Below are positions 9,278-19,655 of a stretch of 64,000 nucleotides of DNA, in pieces (the stretch's first letter is position 1; each line of letters opens with the position of its first letter). Source of the DNA: an uncultured cyanobacterium (lineage in GTDB: Bacteria > Cyanobacteriota > Cyanobacteriia > PCC-9006 > JAAUQQ01); NCBI GenBank assembly GCA_963718615.1, contig OY970368.1:2560001-2624000 (forward strand). The letters run 5' to 3'. The notes under the pieces were generated by a model. The model made no database searches, had not been told where the DNA came from, and worked only from the letters and a program-made list of their open reading frames with translations. The position numbers were made by a program, and so were the translations under genes.

Positions 9278-12200
9278 AATCAATTCCCCATTTCCTGATT
9301 CGTCTTGGTTTTCAGCTTCTGACCAGTGGCTCAGTCCTCTGTTTGATAGCGCTACCGACCTTGGCTGAAGTTCAGTCCCAGTCCTCAGCCCCTCCCAATC
9401 CAGACGTTGCTCAATCCGCTGGAATCGAGGCAACCGACGCAACCGCGTTCTGCCCCTGCGAACTCGAACTCAAAATCCTCAATCTCAATGAAGATGATGT
9501 TCTAGACGCCCCCTCCGGCATCATCGTCCTCAGCCACGACGCCCGCAAAACTGTCGAGCTGCGGGTCAATGGCGAAGTGGTGGAAGAAACCCTAATCGGT
9601 CGCCGGGAAAACGACGATGGCAAGGGCATCAGTCGCTCCACCTGGTACGGCGTACCGCTGCAATCGGGCAAAAATACTGTTACCGCCACCACCAACGATG
9701 GCGAAACCAAAATCGTCACCGTGATGGTTCGGGGCAAACCCCAACGCCTCACCGTCAGCACCGTCGAGACCCGGATCCCTGCTGATGGTCGCTCAGTTAT
9801 GACGGTCACCGGCCAGTTGCTGGACGAAGCAGGCAATCTGACCAATCGCAATACCCTGGTGACGGTCTCGGCGAATGGAGGGGAATTTGTTGGGGAAGAT
9901 GGCGATCGCCTACAAGACGGATTCCAAGTCGAAGCCCAAGATGGCAAATTTACCGCACAACTGCGATCGGGTCTTAAAGCCCAGCGGGTTCAAATCCGTG
10001 CCGCCGTAGGCAGCGGCCCCATCGGCAGCACCCCCCTTGAAGCCTTTACCCAAGCCGAGTTTGAAACCAGTCTGCGTCCCTCCATCGCCACGGGGGTCAT
10101 TAGCCTGCGTCTCGGTGGCGAAGGTAACGATTTCTACGGCAAGCTGCGGGACTTCTTGCCCTTGGACGGTGACAATGATTTTACCGCCGACCTCAAGGGC
10201 CAAGCCTTTGCCATGGGGGCGGTGGGGGATTGGTTATTGACGGGAGCTTACAATAGCGATCGCAACCTCAACGAAAGCTGCGACGAAACCAACCGCCTCT
10301 TCCGTGCCTCGGATCCCTGCGACAACGACTATCCCACCTACGGCGACGGTTCCCGATCGGAGATCCTGACCCCTTCCCTTGATAGCCTCTACCTGAAGTT
10401 CGAACGAACCTCTCCCGTGGCTCGGGCTGGAACCGATTCGTTCCTTTGGGGCGATTATAAGACTGACCAGTTTGCGCGGCGATCGCAACAGTTTACGGCC
10501 CTCACCCGCGAACTCCACGGTTTTTCCGGCAACTACAACTGGGATAACTTACAAATCTCTGGTTTCTTCGGCAACAACGTTCAAGGCTTCCAGCGGGACA
10601 CCATTAGCCCCGATGGCACCAGTGGATATTACTTCCTTTCCCGACGGCTGTTGCTCGAAGGCAGCGAAGATGTTTTTGTCGAACTAGAAGAACTCGATCG
10701 CCCCGGCACGGTGCTTCAGCGCATTCCCCTGCTTCGGGGTCAGGATTACACGATTGATTACGATCGCGGCACATTGCTGTTTACCGACCCAGTTCTACGC
10801 ACGGACATCAGTGCCGAAGGATTCACGCTGGTTCGTCGCATTGTCGCCACCTACCAGTACGACGATGGGGGTTCCGACAACAAGATCTACGGCGGTCGCT
10901 TACAGTACAACTTCTCGCGGGATAAGGGCCGTGAAACCTGGTTGGCGGGAACCTATCTGAGAGAAGACAAAGGCTCAAGGGATTACAGTCTCTTCGGTTT
11001 GGATACCTTAATCAGCCTAGGCGACAGGGGCACGCTGGTGGGCGAGTATGCGCGTTCGGACAACGACTCAGAAATTCTGGGCAATGTCGAGGGCAGCGCC
11101 TATCGCTTTGAGTTGGATGGCGAACTCACCGACAGCCTCTTGGGCCGCGCCTACTATCGCCATGCGGATACTGGCTTTAGCAACAACGCCACGGTCAGCT
11201 TTGTTCCTGGCCAAACGCGCTACGGTGCTCAGCTCAATGCAAGCATCGCCGATCGCACGCAGTTGCGATTCCAATACGATCATGAAAAGAACGAAGGCAA
11301 TGTTCCTCAGCCTCGGCTTACCTTCGGGGATCTGTTCGATGCCCAGGAAGAGGCCACACCGGGGGTCGAAGTCGATAATTCCCTGACCACGATTTCCGCC
11401 GGAGTTTTGCAGAAAATTGGTCCTGCCGATGTCAGTGTGGACTGGGTTTATCGCGATCGCAATGACAACAAGTCCCCTGGTATCTTCGACGAAAACTCCC
11501 AGCAGTTGCGATCGCGACTTCTCGTTCCCTTAAATGATCGCCTGAGTTTCCTGGCTCAAAACGAGACGACGCTTTCGGCGGATGTGGACCCGGTGTTTAG
11601 CGATCGCACTCTCCTCGGCCTCAATTGGAAAGTCTGGGATGGGGTCAACGCCCAGTTAGCCCAGCAATTTTTCCATCGGGGTCAGTACGCAGGCAAACAA
11701 ATCACCAGTTTGAATGTCACAGGTGACTATAATCTCAGCCGCGATACGCTCCTGCGGGGACGCTATACGGTTCTGAATGGGGCAGAAGACCTGCAAATGC
11801 AGGGAGCCGTGGGGATTCAGCACAATATCCCGATCAATCCTCACCTCAAGGCAGACCTAACCTTCGAGCGAGTATTCGGCAATCTTCTTGGGGACAATGC
11901 CGCCGCCGATGTCTTTGCTCAGCCCTTTGCCTTTGGCCAAAGTGCAGCGGCCCTCGGCATTCCCGACGGCACAAGCTACAGCGGTGGACTAACCTATGCC
12001 ACCGATCGCGTCCAAGCCAAAATCCGCTACGAACGCCGCAATTCCCCCCAGGGCAATAACCAGGTTCTTACCGCTGCCGCCGGAGGTAAAATCAACGATT
12101 CACTCACGGGACTTTTCAATTACAAACAGGCCCGAGCCGCAAATCAAACCCTAGAGAATTTGGGCACCACAGCCTATCTTAAAGCCGGTCTCGCCTACCG

Positions 12201-12978
12201 CAATCCCCAAAGCGATAAATTCAACGCGCTCCTACGCTACGAATATCGCAAAAATCCCTCGACGATTCCCGATAGCATTCTGTTTGGCAGCGGCACGGGC
12301 TACCATGAACATCTGTTTGGCGTCGAAGCGCTTTATACCCCCAATTGGCAATGGGAATTCTTTGGTAAATTGGCCCTACGAAATAGCGTTTCGTTCCTGG
12401 CAGATGATCTCGTCGGCAGCAGTACCGTGACCCTAGCGCAAGGTCGGGTGAGCTATAAATTTGCCCAGCGCTGGGATGCCACAGGGGAGTTCCGCTGGCT
12501 CAATCAAGGCAGTGCCAACTACGGTGAAACGGGCTTCCTGGGTGAATTAGGCTACTACGTGAATCCCAATCTGCGCCTTGCGGGGGGGTATTCCTTGGGG
12601 CGGGCGAGCGATCGCGACTTCGATGGCAGCCGTACCGTTGGCGGTCCCTACTTCGGGGTTTCGCTCAAACTTGACAACCTCTTCCAAGGCTTCGGCTTAC
12701 AGAATTGGCCGGAACCAGCATTCAACCAACCCGCTAGCGTTGAACCGAACATCAACCCAACGCCTGAATCAACGCCTGAATCAACGTCTGAATCAACCCC
12801 TGAATCCCCTGACCCTTTCATCGAAAACCTCACACCGGAAACTCCCGATGAACGTCCCCCTGTTCCTCAATTGGAACCCCAACTCGAACCTTTCACTCCT
12901 GAAGAATCTGCTAGCCCCACTGGAGAGAACTCCGGTCATTCTGCTCCCGTATCTGCCCCTGTACCTGCCCTGTGGTGA
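9262..12978 (+). CDS. Large outer-membrane beta-barrel protein with N-terminal Ig domains and Pro/Glu-rich tail
   Basis: Signal peptide; Big-1-like IPADGRS..VTGQLLDEAGN; YPTYGDGS and GQDYTIDYDRGTLLF motifs; several hundred residues of amphipathic beta-strands ending GGPYFGVSLKL; overlaps upstream gene. Confidence 0.7.
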   Translation: MQLQLKSIPHFLIRLGFQLLTSGSVLCLIALPTLAEVQSQSSAPPNPDVAQSAGIEATDATAFCPCELELKILNLNEDDVLDAPSGIIVLSHDARKTVELRVNGEVVEETLIGRRENDDGKGISRSTWYGVPLQSGKNTVTATTNDGETKIVTVMVRGKPQRLTVSTVETRIPADGRSVMTVTGQLLDEAGNLTNRNTLVTVSANGGEFVGEDGDRLQDGFQVEAQDGKFTAQLRSGLKAQRVQIRAAVGSGPIGSTPLEAFTQAEFETSLRPSIATGVISLRLGGEGNDFYGKLRDFLPLDGDNDFTADLKGQAFAMGAVGDWLLTGAYNSDRNLNESCDETNRLFRASDPCDNDYPTYGDGSRSEILTPSLDSLYLKFERTSPVARAGTDSFLWGDYKTDQFARRSQQFTALTRELHGFSGNYNWDNLQISGFFGNNVQGFQRDTISPDGTSGYYFLSRRLLLEGSEDVFVELEELDRPGTVLQRIPLLRGQDYTIDYDRGTLLFTDPVLRTDISAEGFTLVRRIVATYQYDDGGSDNKIYGGRLQYNFSRDKGRETWLAGTYLREDKGSRDYSLFGLDTLISLGDRGTLVGEYARSDNDSEILGNVEGSAYRFELDGELTDSLLGRAYYRHADTGFSNNATVSFVPGQTRYGAQLNASIADRTQLRFQYDHEKNEGNVPQPRLTFGDLFDAQEEATPGVEVDNSLTTISAGVLQKIGPADVSVDWVYRDRNDNKSPGIFDENSQQLRSRLLVPLNDRLSFLAQNETTLSADVDPVFSDRTLLGLNWKVWDGVNAQLAQQFFHRGQYAGKQITSLNVTGDYNLSRDTLLRGRYTVLNGAEDLQMQGAVGIQHNIPINPHLKADLTFERVFGNLLGDNAAADVFAQPFAFGQSAAALGIPDGTSYSGGLTYATDRVQAKIRYERRNSPQGNNQVLTAAAGGKINDSLTGLFNYKQARAANQTLENLGTTAYLKAGLAYRNPQSDKFNALLRYEYRKNPSTIPDSILFGSGTGYHEHLFGVEALYTPNWQWEFFGKLALRNSVSFLADDLVGSSTVTLAQGRVSYKFAQRWDATGEFRWLNQGSANYGETGFLGELGYYVNPNLRLAGGYSLGRASDRDFDGSRTVGGPYFGVSLKLDNLFQGFGLQNWPEPAFNQPASVEPNINPTPESTPESTSESTPESPDPFIENLTPETPDERPPVPQLEPQLEPFTPEESASPTGENSGHSAPVSAPVPALW
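12759..12806 (+). repeat. 4 x 12-bp coding tandem repeat (TPES)
   Basis: aacgcctgaatc aacgcctgaatc aacgtctgaatc aacccctgaatc. Confidence 0.85.
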
Positions 12979-12989
12979 TGAGGTGAATT

Positions 12990-15900
12990 GTGATGAATAA
13001 ACTCATGAATCGATCGCAGCGCAAACGTCTGCACAACCTATTTCAGAAGCTGCCTTGGCTTGCAGGCTGGGTCACGGGAGCTGCACTGCTGGCTCAGACG
13101 CCTTTAGTCCTAGCGGCTGGCGAAATTCAGGTCAAAGTCGAATTTAACCCGATTACGATCACCCAAGGAGATTCTTCGAGTCTGACCTTGACAATTCGCA
13201 ATAACGAACCCAGCCCGTTAAATAATGTCAACTTAAATAAGGCTTTACCAGCAGGATTAGCCATTGATACCTCCAAGGCCATTACACAAAATAGCTGTAA
13301 CTTTACCTTGGCCAATACGACGGCTAACCTCAATATTACTGACGGTACCTTACCGGCCTTTGATACGGGATCTGGCACGCCGGGACTCTGTATTTTGGAA
13401 CTGCCCGTAATTGGTAAAAAAGCACCGGGTTCGTCCGTAACACTGCAAATTGGCGTGGGTGAATTCAGTGCCGGAGGTTTTAGCAATTCTGCTGCGGCCC
13501 AAAACACCATTACGGTAAATCAGTTAGGCAATTTAGGTTCCACAATGGCCTTTATTCCGACTGAACTTCCCGCTGGTGGTGCTACTAAATTCCGTTTAAC
13601 ACTTCCTAATAGCACGGGTAAAGTCCTCAATAATGCGACATTTACGAATGGCTTTACCATGCCTGCTGGGTTCACCTTACGGGCGGGAAGTTTAAACAAT
13701 ACCTGTGGCGGCAGTGTGAGCATTACAGGAACTCCACCTACCATTAAGCTCATCAGCGGCACAATTCCTACCAGTGGTTGTGTGATCGAATTTGAGATGG
13801 ATGGGCCTTTCACAGAACAAACCTTTGGCCCAGTGAGTTGGGCTGCAGGAGATTTGGTTACTGATTTAGAGGTCAGCAATAATGCGGCTAGCTCAAATAC
13901 GGGTAGCATTGTTGCGGGCATGAAAATTAGCCAAAGCTTCAATCGCAACAATGTCTTTATTAACGAAGCATCTACCCTCACGATCCGGATTCGCAATGCC
14001 AACGATACTGCTGTCAACAATGCGAATTTGCAAAGCCTGATTAGTGCGAGCAATGGCGGTGTTCTGAGCGAATTGCAACTGGTTAATGGCACAGGCAATA
14101 TCAATAGCAACTGTCCGACCACACCCAGTGCAACCTACAACGGTACCAATGGCCAGTTAAATTTCACCAATGTTTCTATTCCAGCCGCAACTCTTGGCCC
14201 AAACCCAGCAGCGAAGGTCGCGGAATGTCAAATTACAATCCAGGTCATCACCGACAAAGATGGTATTGGGACTTATACGAGTGCGATCGCAGCCAATCAA
14301 CTCGCGACCAACCAAACCGCTGCGACCAATACTTCGCTCATCGTTACTGATCTCGTCGGAGATGGGGGCAATGGTGTTAGCTTTGGCTTTGGTTTCGGTC
14401 CTGTGGGGGGAGGATTTGCCTCCTACGAAGTTGCCGCCAGCAATCGCGGTCGCCTCAGAATTACGTTGAATAACGTCGCCGGTGAGACCTTGACTGGGGT
14501 CGGGATTGGCGGTACGGGAATTGCGCTGGAAACTGGACTGCGGATTGCGGATGCAGGCGTTTTTAACAATACCTGTACAGCGAATGATGCTGATATCATT
14601 GCCGCATTGAATGCCACCTCCATTACGCTCACTAGCGCTACGATTAACCGTCGCGGTAGCTGTTCCTTTGAGATCAATGTGGTCAGCGATCAGTTTAAGC
14701 TAGGACCCGGTTATGCCGCGAGCGTGGCGGCGGGCGTCGTAACAACCGCTCCCGTTACGGGGCAAGCAGGACGAACCTATAGCAATGCCGCTGGGAGTTC
14801 TGGGCCTAACTTTTTGGAAGTGACCGACTATCTCAACATTATCCCCAGTATGGCCACGAGCACCGTGGCTCCCAATGCCGATGCCCGGATTAAACTGCGG
14901 TTGACCAACTCCGAGGATCAGGCCAAAAGCCAACTGCGGTTGCGCTATAGACTGCCCTTTGCGATCGCCCTCACCCCCGACTTCTTCGCTGGACCCGGCT
15001 GCGGCATCGATGCGAGTGCCTTCCAAGTGGTTGAAGTCAGTCCCGGCGTGTTTGAACTGCAAGCGGATAACATCCAGATTCCTGCAAGAGGCACCACTGG
15101 ACCGACGGACACCGGCAATGCCCAGGATGGCGTTTGCGATGTCGCCTTTGATGTTCAGGCACCGGGCACCCCTGGAGGACAAACAGTCACCGTTCCCCCG
15201 AATGTTCTGCAAAACACAGATGGTACCCAGCAAAACCGCACCTCCCGTTCGACCAGCTTTACCGTACAACCGCTCAATCTCAATCTGAGCCAAAGCATCA
15301 TCAACGAAGAGATTGGGGCCGGTGAGGCCGTGGATTTGGTCAAGGGTGGGCAGCCTGCGATGCTTATCATTACGTTGAACAATCCAGGCAATCCCGTTCC
15401 ACTGACCAATATTGTCCTGAACGACACCTTAGAGGATCCCAAAGGGCTGATTTATCCGGGGGGGCAACCCACCACCACCTGTACCGGCGCAGGGGGTCCG
15501 GCAACGGCCACCGTGGATGAGGCAACCAAATCCTTTCGCCTAGAGGGAGCCGATTTAGCCTCGGGCCAGTCCTGTATTCTGCGAGTTCCGGTCACGACCT
15601 TAGCGGTTGATCAGCTCCAGAATATTGTTCCGGCAGGAGCGGCAGTTTCTGCCGAAGGCGCGAAAACCAACCAGGATGATGACCAAATTCAGGTCAGTTC
15701 CAACCTCGGTTTGGTCAAAGCCTTCTCGCCCACAACGATCCAAACCGGCGAAACCGCACGCCTGACCCTAACGGTTTTGAATGCAACCACAGCGGGTTAC
15801 AACGATGTACGGCTGACCGATAACCTGCCTGAGGGGCTAACGCTTGCCAGTAATCCCAATGTGACCAGCACCTGCGGTGCAACTTCTGCTCCTGGCGATG

Positions 15901-16670
15901 GTGCTGTGATTCAAGTCAACAATGGCGCTGTTAATGCCAATGCGGTCTGTTGGGTAGAAGCGGACGTCACATCCCTCATTGCCAATCCAGGGGGCTACGT
16001 CAACGCGATTCCAGTGGGGGGTCTCAAGGCAGGTAGCTTCCAAAATACTGAACCCGCCGAAGCTACGCTGTTCGTCAATGGCACCACCATCGAGCAACCC
16101 AATCTGCGTCTTGTTAAACGCATCACTGAACTGAAAACACCCGTCCGACCGGGTTACGCTGAACAAACGACAGCTATTACCAGCGTCAACAACTTTACGC
16201 CGGCGGCTGGTCCTGATGCGGACAATGCACCGGGCTGGCCTAATCCGTTGGATGCTAGCGGTATTAGTAGCTATATCAAAGGAGCCTTTAATACTAGCCA
16301 AGTTCCGGGAGGACAATCAGCGTTTCTTGTTTCCGGTATGGAAATTGAATACACCGGTTATTACCTCTCCAACGGCACCGTCAGTGCAGGCAACACCAGC
16401 GTTTGCGACTTTGTCCCGGCGAATACAACCTATGTTCCAGGCTCGTTGGTTTGGGAAAAAGGTGATGGTACAGAAACGCCCCTGAGTGACGCAGTGGGTG
16501 CAGCCGGTGGCTTCTATGCCAATGGCGAAAGCCTCCCCGGCTCCTGTGTTGGCACGAATAATAACAAAGGTGCAGTCGTGGTGAACTTGGGTAATTTACC
16601 TCAATCCACTGGCCCAGGCGCTCCGGCAGCGTCCTATGGCAAGATTCGCTTCCGGGTAAAAGTAGACTAG
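12990..16670 (+). CDS. Multi-Ig (DUF11-like repeat) secreted adhesin; candidate tip subunit
   Basis: Signal peptide; ~7 tandem Cys-pair Ig repeats (F.P..I..G..S.LTLTI.N...LP.GL...NTC...C); C-terminal LRLVKRIT..IEYT..CDFVP..YGKIRFRVKVD; GAGGTGA RBS. Confidence 0.75.
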   Translation: MMNKLMNRSQRKRLHNLFQKLPWLAGWVTGAALLAQTPLVLAAGEIQVKVEFNPITITQGDSSSLTLTIRNNEPSPLNNVNLNKALPAGLAIDTSKAITQNSCNFTLANTTANLNITDGTLPAFDTGSGTPGLCILELPVIGKKAPGSSVTLQIGVGEFSAGGFSNSAAAQNTITVNQLGNLGSTMAFIPTELPAGGATKFRLTLPNSTGKVLNNATFTNGFTMPAGFTLRAGSLNNTCGGSVSITGTPPTIKLISGTIPTSGCVIEFEMDGPFTEQTFGPVSWAAGDLVTDLEVSNNAASSNTGSIVAGMKISQSFNRNNVFINEASTLTIRIRNANDTAVNNANLQSLISASNGGVLSELQLVNGTGNINSNCPTTPSATYNGTNGQLNFTNVSIPAATLGPNPAAKVAECQITIQVITDKDGIGTYTSAIAANQLATNQTAATNTSLIVTDLVGDGGNGVSFGFGFGPVGGGFASYEVAASNRGRLRITLNNVAGETLTGVGIGGTGIALETGLRIADAGVFNNTCTANDADIIAALNATSITLTSATINRRGSCSFEINVVSDQFKLGPGYAASVAAGVVTTAPVTGQAGRTYSNAAGSSGPNFLEVTDYLNIIPSMATSTVAPNADARIKLRLTNSEDQAKSQLRLRYRLPFAIALTPDFFAGPGCGIDASAFQVVEVSPGVFELQADNIQIPARGTTGPTDTGNAQDGVCDVAFDVQAPGTPGGQTVTVPPNVLQNTDGTQQNRTSRSTSFTVQPLNLNLSQSIINEEIGAGEAVDLVKGGQPAMLIITLNNPGNPVPLTNIVLNDTLEDPKGLIYPGGQPTTTCTGAGGPATATVDEATKSFRLEGADLASGQSCILRVPVTTLAVDQLQNIVPAGAAVSAEGAKTNQDDDQIQVSSNLGLVKAFSPTTIQTGETARLTLTVLNATTAGYNDVRLTDNLPEGLTLASNPNVTSTCGATSAPGDGAVIQVNNGAVNANAVCWVEADVTSLIANPGGYVNAIPVGGLKAGSFQNTEPAEATLFVNGTTIEQPNLRLVKRITELKTPVRPGYAEQTTAITSVNNFTPAAGPDADNAPGWPNPLDASGISSYIKGAFNTSQVPGGQSAFLVSGMEIEYTGYYLSNGTVSAGNTSVCDFVPANTTYVPGSLVWEKGDGTETPLSDAVGAAGGFYANGESLPGSCVGTNNNKGAVVVNLGNLPQSTGPGAPAASYGKIRFRVKVD

Positions 16671-16720
16671 TCCAAGCTTATCCCTCAATGGGGGGATGCC
16701 TCAAATTGTCATAAAGCCTC

Positions 16721-16758
16721 CAAAAGGGATCAGGATAAAAACGTCCTGATCCCTTTTG
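16721..16758. terminator. Rho-independent terminator ending the DUF11 operon
   Basis: Perfect 15-bp inverted repeat caaaagggatcagga / tcctgatcccttttg. Confidence 0.85.
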
Positions 16759-16918
16759 TATCAAAGCTCTGTCGCAGGATAGACCCCGCCTATTTCGCTG
16801 GGATGAAGATGAAATAAATGCGGAACATTTGGATCTGACCCTGGTCACTAGAAAGAATCCAGACTGGCAATTTTTCCGGTCTATCCTTTGCAATGTTGCA
16901 ATTTTTGATGAGGCTGAT

Positions 16919-18181
16919 ATGACTTCTTTCTCTAGTTCTGTAATGAATCAGACGGCGCGATCGCTCGCCCTCGGACTAGGCGTACTCACTGGCGCATTGC
17001 CCCTGGCGATCGCAACCGCATTACCGAGCCAAGCCCAAACTACCTTTGCCGATGTCAGCAGCACCTACTGGGCTGAAACCTACATCACAACGCTCGCCCA
17101 ACGGGGGATCATCAGCGGTTTCCCCGATGGCAGCTTTGGTCCCGACCAACCGGTGACTCGGGCTCAGTTCGCTGCCTTGGTCCAAAAGGCCTTCCCCCAA
17201 GCTGCCGCCACCCGCAGCGTAATGAATTTTGGGGATGTTCCCGGCAATTATTGGGCTACGCCTGCGATTCAAACGGCCTATACCACTGGCTTTCTCAGCG
17301 GTTACCCCGACAATAGCTTCCAGCCCAACCAGAATATTCCTCGGGTGCAAGCGTTGGTTTCCTTGGCCAATGGACTGAACTATGCTCCTTCCACTTCGGT
17401 CAATACCATTCTGGGAATCTATCAAGATGCTGCGGCAATTCCTGACTATGCCCAAAACAGCGTTGCTGCCGCAACGGAACAGCGGATGGTCGTGAATTAC
17501 CCTAATGTGGCTTTCCTCAATCCCAATCGTCCTGCGACTCGGGCCGAGGTTGCTGCTTTCATCTACCAAGCCCTGACGCAACAGGGAACCGTTGCTAGCA
17601 TTGACTCGCCCTATGTAGCAGGTGTCTCTACAACGCCCGTTGCCCAGGTACCCCAAAGCGTGACGGTTCCCGCTGGGACCGTGATTCCCCTGCGGTATGA
17701 TGCGGCAGACAAAATCTACGTTGCGCCGGATGAGCCTAACCCGGTTCCCGTCACGCTCTTGACCGATCGCAGCGTGCAGACCCAAAATGGGCAGGTTTTA
17801 ATCCCAGCCAATAGTAAAGTTGTCGGTGAACTGCGATCGACCAATGGAGGTAGCCAGTTCTATGCACAACGAATTGAGTTAGCAGATGGCCGCCAGTATG
17901 CCGTTAACGCCAGTTCTAATGTGATCACCGAGACCGAAACCATTCGGAAGGGTATCAATGCTGGTCGAGTGGTGCGAGATGCAGCCATTGGCGCTGGAGC
18001 TGCTGCGGCCATTGCCGGTGTGACGGGCGATCGCACCATCGAAGCCAAGGAGGTTCTAGGAGGTGCGGGGATTGGGGCGATCGCCGGAGTCTTCCTAGAG
18101 AAAAACAGCGTTGACCTGATTGTGATCAAACCGGAAACCGCCTTAAATCTCACGATTGATAGTGCCTTTGACGTGCAATAG
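16919..18181 (+). CDS. S-layer homology (SLH) domain protein
   Basis: Three SLH repeats (FADV..YWA..I..L..RGIISGFPDGSF.PD.PVTRAQFA); C-terminal beta domain with glycine-zipper segment. Confidence 0.9.
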   Translation: MTSFSSSVMNQTARSLALGLGVLTGALPLAIATALPSQAQTTFADVSSTYWAETYITTLAQRGIISGFPDGSFGPDQPVTRAQFAALVQKAFPQAAATRSVMNFGDVPGNYWATPAIQTAYTTGFLSGYPDNSFQPNQNIPRVQALVSLANGLNYAPSTSVNTILGIYQDAAAIPDYAQNSVAAATEQRMVVNYPNVAFLNPNRPATRAEVAAFIYQALTQQGTVASIDSPYVAGVSTTPVAQVPQSVTVPAGTVIPLRYDAADKIYVAPDEPNPVPVTLLTDRSVQTQNGQVLIPANSKVVGELRSTNGGSQFYAQRIELADGRQYAVNASSNVITETETIRKGINAGRVVRDAAIGAGAAAAIAGVTGDRTIEAKEVLGGAGIGAIAGVFLEKNSVDLIVIKPETALNLTIDSAFDVQ

Positions 18182-18379
18182 CGCTTTGCAGAGTTCTTTG
18201 CATAGCGCTTTGTACTGATCGCATCGCCATCAGGGTGTCTACCACATTTTTAGGGGATGGCAATCCCCCTTGTTGCCCCTAACGCCTGCGCGCCATTGTC
18301 CGCACCTATCTCGCCATTCGCCCCTATCTCCCGCCTGGTACAATCAGGCCATAGCGTTCACAGACTTTCCCAGCTCCGC

Positions 18380-19132
18380 ATGGCCAGCGACAACCAAATC
18401 GACCTCTTCAATCTTGCCGACGTTGTCAGCAGCCCCCCAGCGGATTTTGACCCCGGCGAGATTCCCACACGTGCCGACGTGCCGATTCCCCCCGGAACCT
18501 ATAGCACCATGGCGGATCTCAAAGGGCCTTGTAATCAGTGTCAGCGGTGCGAACTGGGCGCAACCCGAACCAATGCAGTTATCGGACGGGGCAATCCCCA
18601 AGCCAAAATCCTCGTCATCGGCGAAGGACCGGGCCAAAACGAAGATGAAACGGGCTTGCCGTTTGTGGGCCGAGCGGGTCAACTGCTTGACAAGATTTTG
18701 GCCTCCGTCGAGCTAGATTCTGAACAGGATGTCTACATCGCCAACATCGTCAAATGCCGTCCTCCCGGCAACCGCAAGCCCACCGACACCGAGATGGCAG
18801 CCTGTATGCCCTATTTGCGGGAACAGCTTCGCCTCATGGACCCCTTCATTCTTCTGCTAATGGGAGCAACAGCGGTCCAAGGCTTGCTGGGAGACAAGCG
18901 CGGCATCACCAAAATTCGCGGTCAGTGGTTGGAATGGGAAGGTCGCCTCTGCATGCCCATGCTCCACCCTGCCTATCTCCTGCGCAATCCGTCTCGCAAG
19001 GAAGGCAGTCCTAAATGGCACACCTGGCAGGATATTCAGGCGGTGAAGGCAAAAGTTGAGGAGATCGCCCAGCCAACCCCTCCCCAGCCAACCCTCTCCG
19101 CCCAAATCGACGAAGATGACATCGAATTTTAA
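18380..19132 (+). CDS. Uracil-DNA glycosylase family 4
   Basis: C..C.L Fe-S motif, [34 protein letters not shown]. Confidence 0.93.
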   Translation: MASDNQIDLFNLADVVSSPPADFDPGEIPTRADVPIPPGTYSTMADLKGPCNQCQRCELGATRTNAVIGRGNPQAKILVIGEGPGQNEDETGLPFVGRAGQLLDKILASVELDSEQDVYIANIVKCRPPGNRKPTDTEMAACMPYLREQLRLMDPFILLLMGATAVQGLLGDKRGITKIRGQWLEWEGRLCMPMLHPAYLLRNPSRKEGSPKWHTWQDIQAVKAKVEEIAQPTPPQPTLSAQIDEDDIEF

Positions 19133-19136
19133 TCCT

Positions 19137-19655
19137 ATGCCCTCCGATCTCTATATCAACTGGACCGACTACCACGAAAAAATTGAGCAACTGGCGGTTC
19201 AGATTTATCAATCCGATTGGAGTTTTAATCAAATTGTTTGCCTCGCCAAGGGGGGCCTGCGGGCCGGGGATATTTTGTCTCGCCTATTTCGTCAACCCCT
19301 GGCAATTTTGTCTGCATCGTCCTACAGCGGGTCTAACAATCAGGTCCGAGGCTCAATTACCTTTTCCCATGATCTGACCATGACCACAGCCAATCTAGGC
19401 AGTCATATTCTGATCGTAGATGACCTGGTGGATTCTGGCGTGACGCTGCAAAAGAGCTTGGTTTGGCTCGACCGCAAATACGGGTTCTATATCGAAGAAA
19501 TGCGAACCGCCGTTCTCTGGTATAAGGACTGCTCCGTCATCAAACCGGATTATTACGTCGATTATTTGCCTGATAATCCCTGGATTCATCAGCCCTTTGA
19601 GCATTATGAGCGGATGACCCCAGGGGCGATCGCTGAGCGGTTGGGAGAGAAATAG
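19137..19655 (+). CDS. Purine phosphoribosyltransferase family protein
   Basis: LAKGGL and ILIVDDLVDSGVT PRPP-binding loop; WIHQPFE. Confidence 0.88.
   Translation: MPSDLYINWTDYHEKIEQLAVQIYQSDWSFNQIVCLAKGGLRAGDILSRLFRQPLAILSASSYSGSNNQVRGSITFSHDLTMTTANLGSHILIVDDLVDSGVTLQKSLVWLDRKYGFYIEEMRTAVLWYKDCSVIKPDYYVDYLPDNPWIHQPFEHYERMTPGAIAERLGEK

Noticed and set aside
9262-12978. TonB-dependent receptor call
   Set aside because: No recognisable TonB box, plug motif or terminal Phe strand; context is a surface-protein operon
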